Positions 1 to 8,791 of a stretch of 64,000 nucleotides of DNA are shown one piece after another (the stretch's first letter is position 1; every line of letters starts with the position of its first letter). The position numbers were made by a program, and so were the translations under genes. Location of the stretch: assembly GCA_016125475.1 (NCBI GenBank), contig WGLR01000005.1:11859-75858 (forward strand). The letters are read 5' to 3'. The notes under the pieces were generated by a model that was given only the letters and a program-made list of their open reading frames with translations, did no database searches and had not been told where the DNA came from. This stretch comes from Betaproteobacteria bacterium. Lineage in GTDB: Bacteria; Pseudomonadota; Gammaproteobacteria; Burkholderiales; Ga0077523.

Positions 1-51
1 GCGCGATCTTCACGGGGCGAGAGACACCGCGGTGGGGGCGGGCGTCGTTCC

Positions 52-106
52 TGACGTCGACAGGGGCCGGTGCGCGGTGCGCACCCTACGGAGGGACGGG
101 GCTGGC
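52..106. repeat. REP-like element, copy 1 (palindromic core GTGCGC-GGT-GCGCAC followed by CCCT)
   Basis: About 55 bp in the 3' flank of the BVMO gene. It recurs 81 bp later with a 17-nt identical core (71-87 vs 152-168) and roughly 46/55 overall identity. Both copies begin with TGACGTCGAC. Confidence 0.6.
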
Positions 107-132
107 CTCGTCCGCGCGACGGGCGTCGCAGG

Positions 133-187
133 TGACGTCGACGTCGGGCGGTGCGCGGTGCGCACCCTGCGAAGGGGTGGGGCCGGC
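133..187. repeat. REP-like element, copy 2
   Basis: Direct repeat of 52-106 with the same TGACGTCGAC lead-in and the same GGTGCGCGGTGCGCACCCT core. Confidence 0.6.
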
Positions 188-337
188 GTTGCCCGGGCGA
201 TGGTCCGTCCCTGGCACGGCAGGCGCAGGGTGGGCACGGCCAACCGGGCGAGGGCGCCCGGGCTCGACCCTGCCGGGCCGGTGCATGCGGCGACCACGAT
301 CCGCGATGTGCCGGCTACACGGCGCTCCGAACGTTTC

Positions 338-1969
338 CTAGCCGATCGAGAAGCCTTCATAGCCCGTGGCGACGACCTCTTCGCACTTCCGGAGGTAATC
401 GGGCAGTCCGCCGATGTAGGGCATGAACACGCGCGGCTTGCCGGGAATGTTCGCGCCGACGTACCAAGAACTGCAGGCCGAGCGCAGATTCGTTCCGGCG
501 ACCTGGTTCACGTGTTCGACCCACCGGTCCTCGGCCTCGGGTGTGGGCTCGATCAGCGTCTTGCCCTGGCGACGCAGCGTCGCGATGCAGTCGGCGATCC
601 ACTCCACGTGCTGCTCGATGGACGGCAGCATGTTCGTGAGCACCGACGGGCTGCCCGGCCCCGTGATCGTGAACAGGTTGGGGAAGCCCGCCATCGCGAG
701 TCCGAGGTAGGTCCGCGGGCCGTCCTGCCATTTGTCGCGCAGGGACTCTCCGCTGCGCCCTCGGATGTCGATGCGCTTCAGGGCTCCCGTCATCGCGTCG
801 AACCCCGTGGCCATCACGATCGCGTCGACGGCGTACTCGCGGCCCAGCGCGTGCACGCCCGCGGGCGTCATGCGCTCGATGCGGTGGCCGCGAATGTCGA
901 CGAGCGTCACGTTGTCCCGGTTGAAGGTCGCGTAGTAGTCGGTGTCCACGCAGAGGCGCTTGCAGCCGATGATGTCGTGCGGCGACAGCGCGTCGGCCAC
1001 TACGGGGTCGCGCACGATCTCGCGGATCTTGTCGCGCACGAACCCGGCCGCGGTCGCGTTCGCGTCGCGGTCGAAGAGCAGGTCCGAGAACGCGCCCATG
1101 AACGACACGCCGCCATAGGCCCACCGTGCCTCGTACTGGCGACGTCGTTCCTCGGGCGAGACCTCCAGCGCCGACTTCGGGTTGTAGTTGAAGTGGACGC
1201 CGGCGAACTGTTCCTTGGCGGTGCGCCGGAACTCGCCGTACCTGGCCTTGATGCCGTCGCGGAACTCGGGCGTGAGGGGCGCGTTGTGCGCGGGCACGGA
1301 GAAATGCGGCGTACGCTGGAATACGTACAGGTGTGCCGCCTGCTTCGCGATGATCGGGACCGCCTGGATCGCCGAGGAGCCGGTCCCGACGACCGCCACG
1401 CGCAGGCCCGTGAAGTCCACGTCCTCGTGAGGCCACTCGCCGGTGTGATAGATCCTGCCGCGGAACGTGTCGAGTCCGTCGAACACCGGGCGGTTCGGCG
1501 CGGAGAGGCAGCCCGTCGCCATGATGCAGAACCGTGCGGTCAGCGTGTCACCGCGATCCGTCGAGACGTTCCACCGCCTGCTCGACTCGTCGTACCGGAC
1601 CGTCTCGACACGTGTGTCGAACCGGATGTCCCGACGCAGGTCGAACCGGTCCGCCACGTGGTTCGCGTAGCGAAGGATTTCCGGCTGGGTCGCGTACTTC
1701 TCGGACCAGTTCCACTCCTGCTGGAGTTCGTCCGAGAACTGGTAGGAATACTGCATGCTCTCGATGTCGCAGCGCGCGCCCGGATAGCGGTTCCAGAACC
1801 AGGTTCCGCCGACGTCGCTGCCGGCCTCGAGCACGCGCACGGACAGTCCGAGACCGCGCAGCCGATGGAGCATGTACATGCCGGCGAAACCGGCCCCGAC
1901 CACGATCGCGTCGAACACCGCCTGGCCGGTGGTCGCGGGAACGTCCTGCCGTTGCTGCGATTGCGTCAT
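338..1969 (-). CDS. Baeyer-Villiger (flavin-containing) monooxygenase, cyclohexanone/phenylacetone monooxygenase type
   Basis: 543 aa. N-terminal FAD fold VVGAGFAGMY, BVMO fingerprint FRGRIYHTGEWP (FxGxxxHxxxW[P/D]), and a second Rossmann motif VAVVGTGSSA. Confidence 0.85.
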   Translation of the reverse strand: MTQSQQRQDVPATTGQAVFDAIVVGAGFAGMYMLHRLRGLGLSVRVLEAGSDVGGTWFWNRYPGARCDIESMQYSYQFSDELQQEWNWSEKYATQPEILRYANHVADRFDLRRDIRFDTRVETVRYDESSRRWNVSTDRGDTLTARFCIMATGCLSAPNRPVFDGLDTFRGRIYHTGEWPHEDVDFTGLRVAVVGTGSSAIQAVPIIAKQAAHLYVFQRTPHFSVPAHNAPLTPEFRDGIKARYGEFRRTAKEQFAGVHFNYNPKSALEVSPEERRRQYEARWAYGGVSFMGAFSDLLFDRDANATAAGFVRDKIREIVRDPVVADALSPHDIIGCKRLCVDTDYYATFNRDNVTLVDIRGHRIERMTPAGVHALGREYAVDAIVMATGFDAMTGALKRIDIRGRSGESLRDKWQDGPRTYLGLAMAGFPNLFTITGPGSPSVLTNMLPSIEQHVEWIADCIATLRRQGKTLIEPTPEAEDRWVEHVNQVAGTNLRSACSSWYVGANIPGKPRVFMPYIGGLPDYLRKCEEVVATGYEGFSIG

Positions 1970-2037
1970 CGTCTCCTCACCCCTGTCCTCGTGTCCGGCA
2001 TTGGCGGACTCGCTGGTTCCCGAGCATCGGGCGGCGA

Positions 2038-2841
2038 TCAGGCGCCGGCCGTCGCGAGATCCGACATCATCCGGAACACGGCGTTCGCGGCCGTCTCGGG
2101 GTGCTGGAACGGAAACAGGTGTCCCCCGGCCGTCCGGGCCATCCGGAACCTTCGTTCGGACGTGCGTGTCCCGATCCGTCGCACGATGTCGGACTGCGCG
2201 CCGAGGATCAGGCCCGCGGGGACCGTGAGCCGCGACGCGTCCCGCACCATATCATGGGGCATGGTCCGGTAGATGTGGTACTCGATCTCGGGGTCGAAGC
2301 GCAACCGCACACCGGAGGCATCCTCGGTAGTGCCGTACGTGACGTAGTCGGCCATGCAGCGAGGGTCGAAGCCCCGAAACACGGGCTTCGCACGGAAGTA
2401 CTGCAGTGCTTCGTCCCGGGACGACCAGTGGCGCCGGCGCGAACGCGTCCCCGGCGCGGGCGTGAAGCGGTCGAACACGCCGATCCGCTTCGTGAACGCG
2501 ATCGCACCGCCCTGCAGGCGCGAGAGGATCGGGGCGTCCAGCATCACGACCCGCCGGAACAGGTCGGGCCGGCGTGCGGCAGCCATGAGGGAGAGATAAC
2601 CGCCGAGCGAGTGCCCGACGGCGACGACGGGATGCCCGTGTGCAGCCACTGCGGTGACGAGTTCGTCGACGAGGTGGTGCCAGCCGTCCGTGACCGGGTG
2701 GCGAGGGTCGTGACCGAACTGCGGGACGTACCGCACGTCGAAGTGCGTATCGAGGGCGGCGAGGAACGCGCGGTAGCATTCGGCCGGAAAACCGTTCGCA
2801 TGCGAGAACTGCAGTATCGTACGCTCGACGCCCATCTTCAC
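2038..2841 (-). CDS. alpha/beta-fold hydrolase (putative esterase partnering the BVMO)
   Basis: 267 aa. Nucleophile elbow GHSLGG. Lies directly upstream of, and co-directional with, the BVMO gene (68-nt gap). Confidence 0.75.
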   Translation of the reverse strand: MKMGVERTILQFSHANGFPAECYRAFLAALDTHFDVRYVPQFGHDPRHPVTDGWHHLVDELVTAVAAHGHPVVAVGHSLGGYLSLMAAARRPDLFRRVVMLDAPILSRLQGGAIAFTKRIGVFDRFTPAPGTRSRRRHWSSRDEALQYFRAKPVFRGFDPRCMADYVTYGTTEDASGVRLRFDPEIEYHIYRTMPHDMVRDASRLTVPAGLILGAQSDIVRRIGTRTSERRFRMARTAGGHLFPFQHPETAANAVFRMMSDLATAGA

Positions 2842-2861
2842 GACACGGCCCGATCAATTTC

Positions 2862-3971
2862 GTGAGACCCGAGAACATCCTGGCCCTGCTGCTCGCATTC
2901 TCGCTGGCAACGGGGTGTTCCGCCAGACCCCAAATGGACACGACCAAACCCCATCACACCGAGGACGGCTTCCGCAACAACTATCCGAGCGGCTGGAAGC
3001 GGGGAAGCTTCTGGAAGTGGCAGCGCGAGCGCTGGGCAAAGGGGCTCCCCAGGACGCCCGATGGCGGCTGGCACTTCCCGCTGGTGCATCCGGACGTGGC
3101 GTGGATCCGGGCGAACCGCGACGATCCCGCGCTCACGTGGATCGGCCATGCGACGTTCCTGCTGCAGCTCGATGGCCTGAACATCCTCACCGATCCGCAT
3201 CTCACGGGACGTGCGTCGCCGCTTTCCTTCGCGGGGCCCGAGCGCATCGTGCCGCCCGCGCTCGGTTTCCACGACCTGCCCCACATCGACGCGGTCGTCG
3301 TCTCCCACAATCACTACGATCATCTGGACGCCGGCACGGTCGAACGTCTCGCGCGTCAGGCCGGCGGCCCGCCTCGGTTCTTCGTGCCGCTCGGGCTCAA
3401 GGCCTGGTTCGCGGCACAGGGCATCCGGGACGACGTCGTCGAACTGGACTGGTGGGACGAGACGGAACTCGGGGGCGTGACGTTCACGTTCACGCCCGTG
3501 CAGCACTGGAGCGCGCGCACGCCCTGGGATCGCAACCGCACGCTCTGGGGCGGGTGGCGCATCGATGCTGGCGAGGCGTCCGTCTTCTTCGCGGGCGACA
3601 CGGGCTACTCGCAGGATTTCAAGGACATCCGTGCAAGGCTGGGTCCGGTGGACTACGCACTGCTGCCGATCGGTGCCTACGAGCCGCGCTGGTTCATGTC
3701 GGTCATGCACGTGAACCCCGAGGAGGCGGTGAAGATCCACGAGGACCTCGAGGCCGGACATTCCGTCGCGATGCACTGGGGCACGTTCGTGCTGACGGAC
3801 GAACCCATGGACGAACCGCCCCGCAAGCTCGTGCAGGCACTGCGACGGGAAGGAATTCCCCACGAGCGGTTCTGGCTCCTGAAGCACGGCGAGACCCGCA
3901 GACTGGACCAGCCGATGGCCGAAACGGTGGCGGTCTCGGGCGGGGACGCGACGGCTGCGGACGTGCGCTGA
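2862..3971 (+). CDS. MBL-fold metallo-hydrolase lipoprotein (NAPE-PLD-like)
   Basis: 369 aa. Lipoprotein signal LLLAFSLATGC, metallo-beta-lactamase motif SHNHYDHLD. GTG start. Confidence 0.7.
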   Translation: MRPENILALLLAFSLATGCSARPQMDTTKPHHTEDGFRNNYPSGWKRGSFWKWQRERWAKGLPRTPDGGWHFPLVHPDVAWIRANRDDPALTWIGHATFLLQLDGLNILTDPHLTGRASPLSFAGPERIVPPALGFHDLPHIDAVVVSHNHYDHLDAGTVERLARQAGGPPRFFVPLGLKAWFAAQGIRDDVVELDWWDETELGGVTFTFTPVQHWSARTPWDRNRTLWGGWRIDAGEASVFFAGDTGYSQDFKDIRARLGPVDYALLPIGAYEPRWFMSVMHVNPEEAVKIHEDLEAGHSVAMHWGTFVLTDEPMDEPPRKLVQALRREGIPHERFWLLKHGETRRLDQPMAETVAVSGGDATAADVR

Positions 3972-4075
3972 CACGACCGGCACGCCCGGCTCGCGCGAGC
4001 AACGCTATCGCGCGGGCCATACCGGCTAGAATTGCCCGATACTTCCTGCTCACGCCTTCGCGGTCACGTCCAGCC

Positions 4076-5221
4076 ATGCACGATCCCGTCTATCTCACCG
4101 AAGAGCACCGCATGTTTCGCGACAGCCTTCGTCGTTTCGTCGCGTCCGAGGTGGCGCCGAACGCCGCAAGGTGGGAGGACGACGGTTTCGTGCCGCGCGA
4201 GGTACTCCGGCGCATGGGCGAACTCGGCTTCCTGGGCATCCGCTACCCGGCGGAATACGGAGGCGCGGAACTCGACACCGTCTACAGCGTCCTGCTCGCG
4301 GAGGAGCTCGGACGCTCGACGTTCGGCGGATTCGCGATCACGGTCCTCGTGCACACCGACATGGCTTCGCCGCACCTCGCGAATGCGGGGCGGCCCGATC
4401 AGCTCGCACGCTGGATGCCGGGCGTCGTCGACGGCAGCCTGATCACGGCCGTTGCGGTGACGGAGCCCGACGCGGGTTCGGACGTCAAGGGCATCCGTAC
4501 GCGTGCCGTGCGTGACGGCGATCACTACGTGCTGAACGGCACGAAGATGTTCATCACGAACGGTGTGCACGCCAACCTCTATTTCGTTGCCGCAAAGACC
4601 GATCCGGACGCGAAGGGTTCGCGCGGCATGTCGATCTTCGCGGTGGAGAAGGGTACGCCGGGCTTCGGCGTCGGCCGTGCGCTCGACAAGATGGGGTGGC
4701 GTTCGTCCGACACGGCCGAACTCGTGTTCGACGACTGCCGCGTCCCCGTCGAGAACGTGCTCGGCGACGAGCATCTCGGTTTCTACGCGATCATGCGCAA
4801 CTTCCAGAACGAGCGTGTCGTGCTCGGTGCGCAGGCTCTCGGAGAAGCGCAGAAGGCCGTCGAGCTCACGCTCGCGTACGTGAAGGAACGCCAGGCCTTC
4901 GGCCATCCGCTCTGGGACAAGCAGGTGATTCGCCAGCGTCTCTCGATGCTCGCCGCCAAGGTCGAGGCGGGACGCCAGCTCGTGTATCACTGCGCGTGGC
5001 TCGACGCACAGGGGCGGGACTGCGTGAAGGAGGTCTCGATGGTGAAGGCCTACTGCGGCGAACTCGTGAACGAGGTCATGTATACCTGCCAGCAGTTCCA
5101 CGGCGGCATGGGATACATGCGGGAATCCACGATCGAGCGCATGGTGCGCGACGCGCGCGTGCAGACCATCGGCGGCGGCGCGACCGAGGTGATGCTGGAG
5201 GAGGTCGCGAAGCGCCTGTGA
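4076..5221 (+). CDS. acyl-CoA dehydrogenase
   Basis: 381 aa from the ATG at 4076 (MHDPVYLTEEHRMFRDSL...). Typical ACAD blocks: TEPDAGSD, GTKMFITNG, and the C-terminal YEGTxE-like IGGGATEV. The longer ORF from 2915 overlaps the previous gene and is Arg/Pro-rich. Confidence 0.9.
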   Translation: MHDPVYLTEEHRMFRDSLRRFVASEVAPNAARWEDDGFVPREVLRRMGELGFLGIRYPAEYGGAELDTVYSVLLAEELGRSTFGGFAITVLVHTDMASPHLANAGRPDQLARWMPGVVDGSLITAVAVTEPDAGSDVKGIRTRAVRDGDHYVLNGTKMFITNGVHANLYFVAAKTDPDAKGSRGMSIFAVEKGTPGFGVGRALDKMGWRSSDTAELVFDDCRVPVENVLGDEHLGFYAIMRNFQNERVVLGAQALGEAQKAVELTLAYVKERQAFGHPLWDKQVIRQRLSMLAAKVEAGRQLVYHCAWLDAQGRDCVKEVSMVKAYCGELVNEVMYTCQQFHGGMGYMRESTIERMVRDARVQTIGGGATEVMLEEVAKRL

Positions 5222-5297
5222 GACGACAGTGCCGCGTGTCTTGCAGACGGCGCGCGGCGATCCTTGAACCCAAGTAAGCGAGATAACCGGAATCACC

Positions 5298-6230
5298 ATG
5301 AAGATCGCAGCCAATGTCACGGAACTGATCGGCAACACGCCACTCGTTCGTCTGAACCGCGTCACGCAGGGGTGCAGGGCGGATGTCGTCGCGAAGCTGG
5401 AATTCTTCAATCCCGCCCACAGCGTGAAGGACCGGATCGGGGTCGCGATGATCGACGCGGCCGAGAGCGCGGGCCGGATTCGTCCCGACACGATCATCCT
5501 CGAGCCGACGAGCGGCAACACGGGCATCGGGCTCGCGTTCGTGTGCGCAGCGCGCGGCTACAGACTCACGATCGTGATGCCCGACACGATGAGCAGGGAG
5601 CGTCGTGCCCTGTTGCGCGCGTACGGTGCGGAACTCGTCCTGACCCCGGGCGCCGAGGGCATGGGGGGCGCCATTCGCAAGGCGGAGGAAATGGCGGCCG
5701 CCGACTCGCGCTACTTCATTCCGCAGCAGTTCGCGAACCCCGCGAACCCCGAGATTCACCGGCGCACGACGGCGGAGGAGATCTGGCGCGACACGGAGGG
5801 CAAGGCGGACATCCTGGTGTCGGGCATCGGCACGGGCGGCACCATCACGGGTGTCGGCGAGGTCCTCAAGTCACGCAAGCCGTCTTTCCGGTGCGTCGCG
5901 GTGGAGCCGGATGCGTCTCCCGTGCTGTCGGGCGGACAGAAGGGGCCGCACCCGATTCAGGGCATCGGCGCCGGCTTCGTGCCGGAGATACTCAACACGA
6001 GCGTCTACGACGAAGTGGTTCGCGTGAGCAACGACGACGCGTTCGCAATGGCCAGGCGCATGGCAACGGAGGAGGGCCTCCTGGTGGGAATATCGTCGGG
6101 TGCCGCGACGTGGGCCGCACTGCAGGTGGCTTCCCGTGCCGAGAACGCAGGCAAGCTCGTCGTGGTCATCATCCCGTCCTTCGGCGAGCGCTATCTGAGC
6201 ACGAAGCTCTTCGAAGGCCTCACCGACTGA
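5298..6230 (+). CDS. cysK: cysteine synthase A (O-acetylserine sulfhydrylase)
   Basis: 310 aa. [15 protein letters not shown]-lysine motif [25 protein letters not shown]. Confidence 0.9.
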   Translation: MKIAANVTELIGNTPLVRLNRVTQGCRADVVAKLEFFNPAHSVKDRIGVAMIDAAESAGRIRPDTIILEPTSGNTGIGLAFVCAARGYRLTIVMPDTMSRERRALLRAYGAELVLTPGAEGMGGAIRKAEEMAAADSRYFIPQQFANPANPEIHRRTTAEEIWRDTEGKADILVSGIGTGGTITGVGEVLKSRKPSFRCVAVEPDASPVLSGGQKGPHPIQGIGAGFVPEILNTSVYDEVVRVSNDDAFAMARRMATEEGLLVGISSGAATWAALQVASRAENAGKLVVVIIPSFGERYLSTKLFEGLTD

Positions 6231-6340
6231 TCGGACCTGCCGGCAGGGTGGCCGACCGGCGGGGATCGGAGTGTCGCCACTTCCTTCGGGCGGTGGCGGC
6301 GGCGCCCCCATTCCTGCCGGTCTCGGGCCGTCGAGCGTGA

Positions 6341-6359
6341 TTCCCGGAGACTCCGGGAA
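6341..6359. terminator. hairpin between convergent cysK and the secreted-protein gene
   Basis: TTCCCGG-AGACT-CCGGGAA, a 7-bp perfect stem. No clear U-tract. Confidence 0.4.
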
Positions 6360-6380
6360 CACGGCCTTCGACAGCCGAAG

Positions 6381-6836
6381 TCAGTTCGGGTTCGCGGGGG
6401 GAGGCGGCGCCCACTCGAAAATTACACGCCGGCTGCCGTGATCCGGCACGGTGACCGTACGCTTCTTCGTGACGTCTCCGGACCGGGCTTCCACGGCATA
6501 GCGCCCCGGCGGTAGCCGTGCGAGCAGGTACGGACCGTCCGACGTCGTCTCGAGCACCATCTCGCCGTGCTGGTTCCGGATGCGCACGCCGACGTCGGCC
6601 AGCCAGCCTGCGTGCCGGTGGTGCGCCTGCGTGAAGACGAGCACGAGCGGCCACGTCGGCGCGACCTTGCGGATCTCCGCCGACTCGTCGCTGCCGATCC
6701 CGCCCGTCAGGAACTGGACGTCACCCTGGGACTGCTCCGGGGGGAGAGACGTGGGAGGCCAGTAGTCCTCGGCGGCGGACGCACCGGTGACGAGGAGCAG
6801 GGCGGCGATGGTCAGGAACTGTCTGATGGTCTGCAT
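6381..6836 (-). CDS. secreted hypothetical protein (carboxypeptidase-regulatory-like beta-sandwich suspected)
   Basis: 151 aa from the ATG at 6836, preceded by GGAGGA. Signal peptide MQTIRQFLTIAALLLVTGASA. No catalytic motif recognised. Confidence 0.55.
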   Translation of the reverse strand: MQTIRQFLTIAALLLVTGASAAEDYWPPTSLPPEQSQGDVQFLTGGIGSDESAEIRKVAPTWPLVLVFTQAHHRHAGWLADVGVRIRNQHGEMVLETTSDGPYLLARLPPGRYAVEARSGDVTKKRTVTVPDHGSRRVIFEWAPPPPANPN

Positions 6837-7078
6837 GCGTTCCTCCACGAGCGTTGACGTTGTCGGGTGTCAGGGCGTCGTCCCGCCGGGTGCCCGGCAG
6901 GAGACACGACCCACTCGTCCCGACGCGCGCAAACATTTGACGGTGAAGGCACACCCTCCAGTTTGACGAAAGTCACGACGGGATCGTCGGTCTCCGTGAC
7001 GATGATTCCCGTACGGCATCGGGTGAGACACGGATGTTGCGCGGTCGTGCCGGCCTTGGCAACGGGGCAGCCCGGTCG

Positions 7079-8446
7079 TCAGAGCTGAAAGGCGACCCAC
7101 AGCACGAGGCCGTCGACGAACGCTCGCCACCAGGCCGGCTGCGGTGGCACGTACGGGCGCGCATCGCGGGCGAGGTTCCGGAGGCTGTGCTCGATCGCGT
7201 ACACGTATACCGGCTCGCGCAGCGCGATCATGATCTCGAAGTTCAGGAACAGGCTTCGCGCGTCGAGGTTGGCCGACCCGACGAGAGCGAGTCCGTCGTC
7301 GACGAGCACGGCTTTCGCGTGGTTCATTGCCGGGACGCATTCCACCCGGGCGCCTGCCGCGAGCATTTCCCGGAGTGCGCGGGTTCTCGCGGCGTCCGCC
7401 AGGCGGTGATTCGAGCGCACGGGCAGGAAGAGCTCCACGGTGACGCCGCGTTTCGCCGCGAGGACGAGTGCGTCGAGCACGGCGGGATCGGGCACGAAAT
7501 AGGGCGTGAAGACGGCCACGCGCAGTCGCGCCGCGGAGATCGCCGACACGAGCACGGCGTGCCAGGTGTCGTCGGGGCGATCGGGGCCGCTCGGGATGAT
7601 GCGTGCCGTCTTCTCGGGGACGCAGGGAGTCTCGACCGGCGCCGCGCCGGGCGGTGCGTGTGCGGCATTGGACGCGAGTGCCCAGTCCGCGTCGAACACG
7701 GCCACGAAGTTTCGCGCGAACCGACCGGTCATTTCGAACGTCAGGTCGCGCCACGCGGGCCTGCCTGGTGAGCCCTCGAAGTACTCGGCCGCCAGGTTGC
7801 GGCCTCCGGCCCACACCCGCGAGCCGTCGGCGACCGCGTACTTGCGGTGATTGCGGAGGTTCGCGTGTGACCCGCGGAACAGACTGAGCGGGCGGCCGAA
7901 CCGTGCGACGGCGACGCCCGCACGCGCGAGACGCCGGAGGACCCGACCGTGTCCGAGCGCACCGACGGCATCGACGAGCACGCGTACCCGTACACCCCTT
8001 GCCGCCGCGGCGGCGAGGCGATCCGCGAGCGCGGCGCCGAGCGTGTCGCTCGCGAAGATGTAGGTGCAGATCTCGAGGGATTCGCTGGCACCGTCGACGA
8101 GACGCCAGAGTCCGTCACGAGCCTCGTGGCCGTTTTCGTGCGCGAGAAAGTCGTCATAGGTCTCGGGCGGCGGGAGGTCGAGCGCGTTGCAGAGGGTGTC
8201 GAGCGGAGTCGCGCCGGGAAGAGGCGGGCGGGCAGCGAGGTCTCGGGTACGGCGCGCCGTCGGCAGCTTGCGGGTGCCGAACATGAAGAACAGGGGCAGG
8301 CTCAGATACGGCACGAGCACGATCGCGAGCAGCCACGCGATCGCGGCGCTCGGGTGACGCTTCTGCCCCATCGCTATGGTGGTGACGGCGTAGGCGAGGA
8401 TTCCGAACGCGATCGCGACGGAGTGCCACGACAGGAAATAGCGCAT
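7079..8446 (-). CDS. cls: cardiolipin synthase / phospholipase D family
   Basis: 455 aa. Two N-terminal TM helices and two HKD motifs (NHRKYAVADG and NHAKAVLVDD). Confidence 0.85.
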   Translation of the reverse strand: MRYFLSWHSVAIAFGILAYAVTTIAMGQKRHPSAAIAWLLAIVLVPYLSLPLFFMFGTRKLPTARRTRDLAARPPLPGATPLDTLCNALDLPPPETYDDFLAHENGHEARDGLWRLVDGASESLEICTYIFASDTLGAALADRLAAAAARGVRVRVLVDAVGALGHGRVLRRLARAGVAVARFGRPLSLFRGSHANLRNHRKYAVADGSRVWAGGRNLAAEYFEGSPGRPAWRDLTFEMTGRFARNFVAVFDADWALASNAAHAPPGAAPVETPCVPEKTARIIPSGPDRPDDTWHAVLVSAISAARLRVAVFTPYFVPDPAVLDALVLAAKRGVTVELFLPVRSNHRLADAARTRALREMLAAGARVECVPAMNHAKAVLVDDGLALVGSANLDARSLFLNFEIMIALREPVYVYAIEHSLRNLARDARPYVPPQPAWWRAFVDGLVLWVAFQL

Positions 8447-8736
8447 GGTCCACGGTGTCCGGCCGTCACGCGGGACCGCAAACCGGACACGACCACGAGC
8501 CTCGTCGACGCCCCGTCACGGGCGTGAGCTTCTCGGGGATCGACCGGCTGGGGGCGGCGTGCGTGGCGGGTCGGGTGTCTCCTTCGCGAAAGCGGATCGC
8601 GGGTCGGCCTCCCGCACCGTTCTCGCGCGTGTTCGTTGCCGGAAATCACGAGGGTAACAGACCTGCACGGCCTCTTGCCCGAGACGTGCGGGCTCACGCA
8701 CGAACGCGAGGGCATCCCTCGACCCCGTATCGGACG

Positions 8737-8764
8737 AAAAAAAGCCCGGCGACGTGCGCCGGGC
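8737..8764 (-). terminator. rho-independent terminator of the 5'-nucleotidase gene
   Basis: GCCCGGCG-ACGTG-CGCCGGGC, an 8-bp GC stem, followed on the minus strand by U7 (plus-strand A-run 8737-8743). Lies 28 nt after the stop. Confidence 0.8.
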
Positions 8765-8791
8765 CCAGGACCGCGGCGAGGCGGTCGGCGA

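Noticed and set aside
52-187. CRISPR-like array.
   Set aside because: There are only two copies, the unit is imperfect and about 55 bp with an 81-bp period, and no cas genes are present. It is better described as a REP-like extragenic palindrome.
32-2272. Very long alternative-frame/antisense ORFs throughout the window. Examples: 32-2272 (+), 1534-2865 (+), 2838-3983 (-), 4064-5527 (-), 27802-29886 (-), 32190-34316 (-), 34364-36166 (-), 36973-41115 (-, 1380 aa), 47963-50365 (+, 800 aa), 52372-56154 (-, 1260 aa), 58975-61557 (+, 860 aa).
   Set aside because: Their translations are Arg/Ala/Pro/Gly-dominated and low-complexity with no recognisable motifs. Each fully overlaps a gene whose product has clear family signatures. 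Stop codons are simply rare in non-coding frames of GC-rich DNA.
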